Below, one piece after another: positions 38,961 through 45,919 of a stretch of 64,000 nucleotides of DNA. The first letter of the stretch is position 1, and each line of letters starts with the position of its first letter. A program made the translations under genes and the position numbers. The notes below the pieces were generated by a model. The model had not been told where the DNA came from and made no database searches. It saw nothing but the letters and a program-made list of their open reading frames with translations. The DNA lies in the NCBI GenBank assembly GCA_016209705.1, contig JACQVR010000134.1:64194-128193 (forward strand), in the 5' to 3' direction. Source of the DNA: Planctomycetota bacterium (GTDB taxonomy: Bacteria; Planctomycetota; MHYJ01; JACPRB01).

Positions 38961-39323
38961 GGTGTGTTCTCCTCTGCGGTTGGTGGACTTCAGGGTGTGA
39001 TCAAAATCGGTTTCCTCTCTAACGCGGAGGCTATCATAGCTTCAACGCTGCTTCGGGCCAATCGCCGGATGTCGCGCAAGGCAGCGAAGCTGGGATCTCA
39101 TCTGGCATTCCGGCTTGCTTTCTTCATGGACATCCCCTCGAATCGGCTCATATTACCCATAGCGAAACTTGGTGTACTGTGCCATTCGCAAGCATCCTGG
39201 CTTGAGCGGGTTACGACAGCTCCCCCCATGAGATATCCAACACGATGGTCAATAAGGCGTTGTAGCATTTGTAAGTACCGAGCAAATCAGGACAGTGGAC
39301 ATCTCCAAGGAGAGGCGGTAGAA

Positions 39324-40613
39324 ATGGCCAAGGTAGCGTCCCCTATTCCCCATGCAGCGGGAAAGATCATGGTTGGCGTCGGTATTGAATGCCGAGGCCA
39401 GCGTCCTTCTCGTGTCGGCGCGAAGCTGAAAGGAGTCCTTAACGTGGCTGCCTGCCCGTTGTGCGCGTCCGGCGACGTATCGTTTTTTTTCGAAATGAAG
39501 GATGTGCCGACTGGCATCAATTTCCCGTGCGCGAGCGCGAGAGAAGCGTTGGACGGTCCCCGCGGGGACATCCGTCTGGCCTTCTGCCCGCGATGCGGAC
39601 TCATCAGCAACATCGATTTCGATTCGACGCGACTCCGGTATGGAGTCGGCTACGAGAACACACTTCACTTTTCCGAAGTCTTTCGGAGGTATGCTGAAGC
39701 CACCGCGGACCGACTGATCGCCCAGTTCGAGCTTCGCGGCAAGGACATAATCGAGATCGGTTGTGGGCGCGGCGATTTTCTGCGCTTGCTGTGCGAGCGG
39801 GGCGGGAACCGCGGGGTCGGTTTCGATCCAAGCCATGCTGGATCGTCCGAGGGCCCTCCTCCCTTGGATCGGATTCGATTCGTCCCCGACGCCTACTCGG
39901 AGCGTTACGTCGATTACGCCGCCGATTTTGTCGTGAGCCGGCACACCCTTGAGCACGTCCAGCAGCCGGCGGATCTGCTGGGGCCGCTTCGGCGGTCGAT
40001 CGGGGACCGTCTCGATACCGCGGTCTTCTTCGAGGTACCTAACACAACTTTCATCCTTAGAAATCGATACGTCTGGGACATCATCTACGAACACCCCTGC
40101 TACTTCACGGGGCCCTCGCTCAGGGCTGCCTTTGAACGTTCGGGTTTCCGGGTTCTCGAAACCTACGATGCGTTTGAGGGGCAATATCTGTGCGTCGAGG
40201 CGTATCCGTCAGAAGGCGATGAGCGTACCGAGACCGGGGTCGAAGGGCTCGACCAGGTCCGTTCGGACATCGAATCGTTCGAGATGGCTTATCAGCGCTA
40301 TGTGGCCGAATGGAAGGACAATCTGCGCTCCCTCGCGACGGCGCGAAACCGGGTCGTCTTGTGGGGGGCCGGATCGAAGGGCATCACCTTCTTGAACCTC
40401 TTTCGCGGCGCCGCCCCGATTCGCCACGTCGTCGATATCAATCCCTTGAAACACGGCAGCTTTGTCGCCGGCAGCGGGCAAGAGATCGTGCCGCCCGAAT
40501 TTTTGGTCGATCATCCCGTCGACACCGTCATTGTGGCGAACCCGATTTATGGACGGGAAGTGACGGCGGCGACTCATCGGCTCGGTCTGAGCCCCGAGTT
40601 CCTATATCTTTGA
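39324..40613 (+). CDS. SAM-dependent C-methyltransferase, paralog 3
   Basis: Same Zn-ribbon, methyltransferase and C-methyltransferase C-terminal architecture (CPLCAS...CPRCG; IIEIGCGRGDF). The start is placed at the ATG with an AAGGAGAG ribosome-binding site; the six-frame ORF opens at 38610. Confidence 0.7.
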   Translation: MAKVASPIPHAAGKIMVGVGIECRGQRPSRVGAKLKGVLNVAACPLCASGDVSFFFEMKDVPTGINFPCASAREALDGPRGDIRLAFCPRCGLISNIDFDSTRLRYGVGYENTLHFSEVFRRYAEATADRLIAQFELRGKDIIEIGCGRGDFLRLLCERGGNRGVGFDPSHAGSSEGPPPLDRIRFVPDAYSERYVDYAADFVVSRHTLEHVQQPADLLGPLRRSIGDRLDTAVFFEVPNTTFILRNRYVWDIIYEHPCYFTGPSLRAAFERSGFRVLETYDAFEGQYLCVEAYPSEGDERTETGVEGLDQVRSDIESFEMAYQRYVAEWKDNLRSLATARNRVVLWGAGSKGITFLNLFRGAAPIRHVVDINPLKHGSFVAGSGQEIVPPEFLVDHPVDTVIVANPIYGREVTAATHRLGLSPEFLYL

Positions 40614-40858
40614 AGTTGAAACCATCGGGAATTCGAGCCGCCGTCTCGACTCGATGACGCGCGTTCAGCCCATGGCGAAACACTTCCGCCGGTTCGAATG
40701 AAACTTTATTTAACTTACCCGGGCGCATGATACGCTCTTCCTTCCCGTTGCGAGGAAAAGTCTCTGGAAGGGCGAATCGAGCGGAGCACGTCGGCTGGGC
40801 GCCTCCTTTTTGTCGTCTGGATCCGGAAGTTCTTCGGTCGTAGGGCAATGAGGAGAAC

Positions 40859-40886
40859 TTGACGTGGCAAGGGTGGATTATATAAA
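40859..40886 (+). promoter_or_regulatory. Candidate sigma-70-type promoter upstream of the priming sugar transferase
   Basis: TTGACG, a 16-nt spacer and TATAAA lie in a locally AT-rich ~330-bp leader, about 65 nt upstream of the start at 40950. Confidence 0.3.
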
Positions 40887-40949
40887 ATTGAACTTTATGG
40901 ATCAGGGGCGGGAAACCGGCTTGACGACCAAGCCACCAAGGATCCGGGC

Positions 40950-42377
40950 ATGTTGAAGCAATATGCCAAAGTTGTTCAAGCCGTGTTGTTCCTGAGCGAT
41001 CTTGCGATCACCGGCGTCGCGTTTTTCGGCGCGTACGTACTTTTTCAATCTCACATCGCCTCGTTGCCCTACTTCGGCCGCCTGGGCGACTTGAATGAAT
41101 ATCTGTGGCTGTTGCTCCTGATCCTGCCCGTATGGGCGCTGTTGCTTCAGGCGGGCGGGGTGTACCACCGCTCGCAGCGGATCGCGCCGCTGGCGGGGGA
41201 GCTGTGGAGAACGGCGCGGGCGGTTCTCTTGGGCGGCCTGGTTCTGTTCGCGTTCATCGCGCTGGCGAAGTTGAGCCACATCTCTCGCCCGTTCATCCTC
41301 TTCTTCATGGTCCTGGACATCGGTTTTCTGTTGTTTTTCAAGACGGCCGTTCGGGTGTTCGCCAGGTCGATGCGGGCTCGCGATCTCAACGTCCGGACCG
41401 TCCTGATCGTGGGCACGGGGAAGACCGCGCTGGAGATCGCGAACCGGATCGCCGCCAACCGCCAGTGGGGATTCAGGCTGCTGGGGTATGTCGCCGAGGA
41501 CACGGGGCCGTCCGATCTGATCGGCGATCGACGCCCCGTGCTGGGCGCCCTGGCGGACATTTCACGGCTGCTGCGCGAGCACGTGGTGGACGAGGTCATC
41601 GTGGCGGTGGAGCGGGAGCAGATTCCCGAGATGGAAGGGCTGTTCCTCCTGTGCGAGACGCTGGGGGTGAACGCGCGGCTGGCGGTGGAGTTCTTTCCGC
41701 ATCGAATCGCGCGCGTGGATCTCGAGGATCTGGACGGGATCCCCATGCTGACGTTTTCGACCACGCCCAAGAACGTCTGGGCGCTGGCGACCAAGCGGGC
41801 GGTCGACATCGCGGCGGCGTCGATATTCCTGGCGGCCTTCTCCTGGCTTTACCTGTTGATCGCGCTCCTGGTGCGGGCGACGTCGCCGGGGCCGATCTTC
41901 TTCCGCCAGCAGCGCGTGGGCCTCAACGGACGGCGGTTCACGTTCTACAAGTTCCGCTCCATGATCGCGGATGCGGAACAGCGGCGCACCCAGGTGGCCC
42001 ACCTCAACGAAATGGACGGACCCGTATTCAAGATACACAACGATCCGCGAGTCACTCCCGTGGGGCGCTTTTTGCGGAAATTCAGCCTCGACGAGTTCCC
42101 CCAGATGTGGAACGTGCTTCGGGGGGACATGAGCCTGGTGGGACCGCGTCCGCCTCTGCCGTCCGAAGTGGACCTGTACGAGCTGTGGGAGCGCCGCCGG
42201 CTGAGCGTCCGGCCGGGACTCACCTGCCTCTGGCAAGTGGAGGGGCGCAACGGGATCGGGTTCAAGGAATGGATGAAACTCGATCTGGCGTACATCGACA
42301 ACTGGTCGCTGGCGCTGGACCTGAAGATCCTCTTGAAGACCGTTCCGGTGATCCTGACGGGGCGGGGGGCGAGTTAG
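40950..42377 (+). CDS. Polyprenyl-phosphate sugar phosphotransferase (WbaP/EpsL-type priming bacterial sugar transferase)
   Basis: N-terminal TM helices, a central CoA-binding-like region and the C-terminal bacterial sugar transferase domain (PGPIFFRQQRVGLNGRRFTFYKFRSM...DEFPQMWNVLRGDMSLVGPRP). Confidence 0.85.
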   Translation: MLKQYAKVVQAVLFLSDLAITGVAFFGAYVLFQSHIASLPYFGRLGDLNEYLWLLLLILPVWALLLQAGGVYHRSQRIAPLAGELWRTARAVLLGGLVLFAFIALAKLSHISRPFILFFMVLDIGFLLFFKTAVRVFARSMRARDLNVRTVLIVGTGKTALEIANRIAANRQWGFRLLGYVAEDTGPSDLIGDRRPVLGALADISRLLREHVVDEVIVAVEREQIPEMEGLFLLCETLGVNARLAVEFFPHRIARVDLEDLDGIPMLTFSTTPKNVWALATKRAVDIAAASIFLAAFSWLYLLIALLVRATSPGPIFFRQQRVGLNGRRFTFYKFRSMIADAEQRRTQVAHLNEMDGPVFKIHNDPRVTPVGRFLRKFSLDEFPQMWNVLRGDMSLVGPRPPLPSEVDLYELWERRRLSVRPGLTCLWQVEGRNGIGFKEWMKLDLAYIDNWSLALDLKILLKTVPVILTGRGAS

Positions 42378-42421
42378 CCGTGATTCGTTCCGTGATGATT
42401 TCCGTTACGGCCACTCTCCTG

Positions 42422-42452
42422 TGTTACGATTAATTCTCAAAATTATTTGTAA
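42422..42452. repeat. 31-nt palindromic element GTTACGATTAATTCTCAAAATTATTTGTAAC (family copy C)
   Basis: Same unit as at 6857/6888. It lies between convergent genes and overlaps the 3' end of the MBL-rhodanese ORF. Confidence 0.6.
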
Positions 42453-43507
42453 CAGTCCCTCCAGCGGGCCATGCCTCCGGTGAGGACGCGGACGTTGGCG
42501 TGACCGGCCCCCAGCAGGATCTGCGCCGCCACCGCCGCTCGCATGCCTACCTTGCAGATCGTGATCACCTCGCGATCCTTGAATGGGGCGAGCTCGCCGA
42601 CGCGCTCCTCCAGCGAGCCGAGCGGGATGTGCGTGATTCCGTTCAGGTGGCCGAGCTCCCCCTCGAGCTCCTCGGGCTCGCGGACATCGAGAAGGATCAA
42701 TCCCGCCGGACGTTCCAGCCGCGCTCGCAACTCCTCGGCGGTGATCGAGGGCGCCGGAAAAGCGGCGGTATCCGCAGCGACCTCGCAGGCGCACCCCTCC
42801 TGGGGGATCCAGACGGCCTTGGGATCGCGGGTTCCCTCGTGGTTGGCCTTGAGCACCGCCTTCATCCAATCGGCGGGTCCGAGGCGCAGGGTCTCGAGGT
42901 ACCGGATGAACTCCGCCTTCTCGCGGCGACTGAGGTGGGGGTTCCGCTTGCCCTGGACGGCGAGCGTCGTGGGACGCCGGCCGCGATACTCGTGACCCGG
43001 ATAAACCACGAGATGATCGGGAAGGCCGAGGATCCGCTGCAAGCTGTCCCAGTGCTCGCCGGGATCGCCGCCGGGAAGGTCGTCACGGCCCGCTCCTCCG
43101 TCGTCCAGAAAGAGCGTATCTCCGGTGAGGATCCGATCGGGAAAGACGAGGCAGATGGAGTCCTTCGTATGGCCCGGCGTGTGCAGGACCGTGACGTCCA
43201 GATCTCCCAACGGCGAGGCCGATCCTTCGACGATGCGGGACGTCACCGACCGGGGAGAACCGCGGACGTGCATCACGTACGCGCAGCCGGTCGCCTCCTT
43301 CAGCGCGGTGCCGGCGGATAGATGATCCGCGTGGGTGTGGGTGTCGATGACGTGCGTCAACTTCAGGCGCTCGTTCTCGATCAGCGCGAGATAGTCTTCC
43401 AAGGCGTCCAACACGGGATCCACGAGGACTGCGTCGGCGGCTCCCTCCGGGCGGATCAGATACGTCTGGCAACCCCGGGAATTGAAAGCCTGGAATCGCA
43501 TTCCCAT
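42443..43507 (-). CDS. MBL-fold persulfide dioxygenase (ETHE1-like) fused to a C-terminal rhodanese domain
   Basis: A metallo-beta-lactamase metal-binding motif (HTHADH) is followed by a rhodanese catalytic-cysteine region (VITICKVGMRAAVAAQIL). Confidence 0.7.
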   Translation of the reverse strand: MGMRFQAFNSRGCQTYLIRPEGAADAVLVDPVLDALEDYLALIENERLKLTHVIDTHTHADHLSAGTALKEATGCAYVMHVRGSPRSVTSRIVEGSASPLGDLDVTVLHTPGHTKDSICLVFPDRILTGDTLFLDDGGAGRDDLPGGDPGEHWDSLQRILGLPDHLVVYPGHEYRGRRPTTLAVQGKRNPHLSRREKAEFIRYLETLRLGPADWMKAVLKANHEGTRDPKAVWIPQEGCACEVAADTAAFPAPSITAEELRARLERPAGLILLDVREPEELEGELGHLNGITHIPLGSLEERVGELAPFKDREVITICKVGMRAAVAAQILLGAGHANVRVLTGGMARWRDCYK

Positions 43508-43511
43508 GACA

Positions 43512-43898
43512 CTACCAATACCAGATCCGGTCGTGGCGTGCGAATAGATCGGGGATGGCGCTTTTCTTCACGACCTCCACGCCGCTCATCAGCCGATCCT
43601 TCGGCACGCCCCGGGAGGCGAGATCTTCCTCGACGGCGTAGAGGTCGATGCCTTTGCCCTTCAGCATCTCGAGGTCGTCGAGGATCCGAGGCGGCGGATC
43701 GAGCGCGAGGTCGCCGATTCGGAGTCCGCCGGCGTCCTGGCCCCGGACCAGATAGTTGACCGCGTTGCCGCGGAGGAGGATCGATTGTTCCAGGTTTCCC
43801 TGCACCTTCATCGCCAGCGAGAACCAAAGGGCGACGTCGTCTTGTTCTTCCAGCGTCGCGTGATAGGCCCGCTCCACGACGTTCAGAGTTTTTCCCAT
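43512..43898 (-). CDS. DsrE/DsrF-like sulfur-relay family protein
   Basis: A 128-aa product of YchN-like size with a DsrF/TusC-like pattern. It sits in an operon with two further DsrE/H-like genes. Confidence 0.5.
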   Translation of the reverse strand: MGKTLNVVERAYHATLEEQDDVALWFSLAMKVQGNLEQSILLRGNAVNYLVRGQDAGGLRIGDLALDPPPRILDDLEMLKGKGIDLYAVEEDLASRGVPKDRLMSGVEVVKKSAIPDLFARHDRIWYW

Positions 43899-43901
43899 GG
43901 C

Positions 43902-44300
43902 TCACCTCGTCGGAATGACCAGGACATTCGTGCTCGCGGCGGCCGCTTTCACGAAGTCGCCCGGCGTGCCGCGCTTGGCGCCCGCAACCATGTTTCCCTC
44001 GCTGCCGCGCTCGTCCGCGCACAGGCCGCAGTAGGTCCATTCGAGCTGGCCCTGCGCCAGAAGCCCTTCGACCCACGCCTTCGTCGTGGGATGGTTCTGC
44101 ACCTTGACGTCCGCGCATCCCTTCGGCGCGTTGGCGTGCGGCTTCTGCGTCGCGACGGTCAGCGACACGGCTCCTTCGTACGCGAAGACGCTGACCTTGA
44201 TCCCTTTCTTCTGCGCCTCGCTGATGATCCGAAACGCGGTCGTGGTCGTCTCCGACTCGTACGGCGGATCCATCAGCAGGAGCGTGAGCTGTTTTTGCAT
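43902..44300 (-). CDS. DsrE/TusD-like sulfur-relay family protein
   Basis: The start is taken at MQKQLTLLLMDPPYESETTTTAFRI (133 aa) with a GGGAGG ribosome-binding site. A conserved cysteine lies in the region ...WTYCGLCADERG. Confidence 0.55.
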   Translation of the reverse strand: MQKQLTLLLMDPPYESETTTTAFRIISEAQKKGIKVSVFAYEGAVSLTVATQKPHANAPKGCADVKVQNHPTTKAWVEGLLAQGQLEWTYCGLCADERGSEGNMVAGAKRGTPGDFVKAAAASTNVLVIPTR

Positions 44301-44314
44301 CGCACCCTCCCGAA

Positions 44315-44638
44315 TCAATGCCAGAGCGTCCGGACGTCCGGCTGCGCCAGCAGGTCCACGAAGTCGCCCATTCCCGCGACCTTGACGTCCGGCACGAGGT
44401 CGCCGTCGACGATGCCTCGCTGGCGAAGCGAGAAATCGTCCGCGAGAACCGAGACCCCGGCGAGCTGCGGGACCCGGCCGCCCGAGAAGCCGCGGCGCGC
44501 GGCGAAGACGCCGTTCTGCACCAGGACGAGCGTGACGTCGTGCCCCGCTCCCTTCAGATCCCGTGCCAGATCGTAGAACTCGTTCACCGCGGTCGCTTCC
44601 TGCGGATCGCGGGATTCCCACAGCAGATAGCGGGTCAT
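44315..44638 (-). CDS. DsrH/TusB-like small sulfur-relay protein
   Basis: The start is taken at MTRYLLWESRDP (107 aa) with a GAGGAGGAGG ribosome-binding site. It is the first gene of the minus-strand operon. Confidence 0.45.
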   Translation of the reverse strand: MTRYLLWESRDPQEATAVNEFYDLARDLKGAGHDVTLVLVQNGVFAARRGFSGGRVPQLAGVSVLADDFSLRQRGIVDGDLVPDVKVAGMGDFVDLLAQPDVRTLWH

Positions 44639-44727
44639 AGATCCTCCTCCTCGAAGCGCGTGATGGGAGGAGTGTACCGCGGCAACCCAAGCATGGGTAA
44701 AGAAATTCGCCGCCTCGCCAGGAAAGG

Positions 44728-45240
44728 TTACCGCGGTGGCGCGCCGCTTTCGTCGGGCGGGCGATTCAGGAATCCGCGGCACGCGCGGGCGCCGCAGCGG
44801 CAGGCGAGGAGCGGGGTATCCCCGGTGATGCGGTAGTCGAGAAGAAGTTCCTCACCGGCCTCGATGGGGCGCAGGCTGACGAGCAGGACGCGTCCCTTGC
44901 GGACGCGCGCGACGAGGTTGGGTTCGCAGCCATGGTTGATGAATTCGGCGCCGCTTCCCCGGATGGCTCCATCGATGGCCCGCCGCCGGCTGACCCAGAA
45001 GACATACATTCGGGGACGCAGGCGTCTCCGGTACACCTCGTCCCGGCCGATCCGCTCCCCCGTATATTCGATCACCCGCCGTCGCGCGGGAATCGGTTCG
45101 GCCGCGAAGAGGCCCCAGCGATCGATGCGCGACCGGCCGAACTTCAGCTTGTAGCGGCACGCGGCGGGATCCAGGCGCGGCACCACCTCGGGTCCGCCGG
45201 GGAGGAGCACCTCGCGGACGAAGGCGGTCCGTTCGGCCAT
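44728..45240 (-). CDS. SET-domain protein (putative protein-lysine methyltransferase)
   Basis: SET motifs are present (GSGAEFINHGCEPNLVARV...GEELLLDY) plus a Cys-rich post-SET region (CRCGARACRG). Confidence 0.75.
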   Translation of the reverse strand: MAERTAFVREVLLPGGPEVVPRLDPAACRYKLKFGRSRIDRWGLFAAEPIPARRRVIEYTGERIGRDEVYRRRLRPRMYVFWVSRRRAIDGAIRGSGAEFINHGCEPNLVARVRKGRVLLVSLRPIEAGEELLLDYRITGDTPLLACRCGARACRGFLNRPPDESGAPPR

Positions 45241-45246
45241 GGCGCA

Positions 45247-45669
45247 TCAGAACCAACTTTTGCCCCCGGCCGGCGCGCCGGGGGTCTTGCCGGCTCCGAT
45301 CTTGCCCCAGGGATCGGTGGAGGTTTTGCCGCCGGCGGCCTTTCCGGATGGGCCGGCGCCCCACTTCCCGGGCGCGGACTTCGCGGCCCCAGCCGCAAGC
45401 GGGAATTGTGGGTAGGGGTCGAAAGCTTGGAGCGCTTTGAGTGATTTCCCGCCGGCGTCGACCCTTCCATCGCTCCAATTGAAGGACGCCTTCTGGAATC
45501 TGTGGATGGCGTTGATGGTTTTGGGGCCCACGATGCCGTCGACGGCCAATTCGGGAGAGGGTCCGCCCTGGGTGGCGGGCACGCAGTTGAGAAGATACTG
45601 GACCGTCATGACGTCGGAAGGGTGGTTCAATCCTCCCTGTCCGACCGACCCCGTGATGTGTTTCGCCAT
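45247..45669 (-). CDS. Small protein with an N-terminal peptidoglycan-binding-like domain and a Gly/Lys/Pro-rich repetitive tail
   Basis: A PG_binding_1-like segment (LAVDGIVGPKTINAIHRFQ) is followed by GKWGAGPSGKAAGGK... low-complexity repeats. Confidence 0.5.
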   Translation of the reverse strand: MAKHITGSVGQGGLNHPSDVMTVQYLLNCVPATQGGPSPELAVDGIVGPKTINAIHRFQKASFNWSDGRVDAGGKSLKALQAFDPYPQFPLAAGAAKSAPGKWGAGPSGKAAGGKTSTDPWGKIGAGKTPGAPAGGKSWF

Positions 45670-45702
45670 GTCATGCTCCCTGTTCTATAGGGCGAAGGCG
45701 AG

Positions 45703-45775
45703 TGCCGGGAGACGGATTCGAACCGTCAGCCTACGGCTTATGAAACCGCCGCTCTAACCGTTGAGCTATCCCGGC
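45703..45775 (-). tRNA. tRNA-Met (anticodon CAT; elongator type because G1-C72 is paired; could alternatively be tRNA-Ile2/lysidine)
   Basis: The reverse complement folds as a cloverleaf: acceptor GCCGGGA/TCCCGGC, D-arm GCTC...GAGC, anticodon stem GCGGT/GCCGT with loop TTCATAA, and T-arm GACGG-TTCGAAT-CCGTC. CCA is not encoded. Confidence 0.85.
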
Positions 45776-45919
45776 GCCTTCGGACGTCACACGTTACCTT
45801 GACGTGCTTCGTTCGGCAAGTTCATCCGGACGCGGGCGTTCCCGCGCTTTCCTTTTCCCCGGCTTTCGCGTAGAAGAACATAGCGCCGGACGTCCCGATC
45901 GCGAAAGGAGCTCAAGAAC

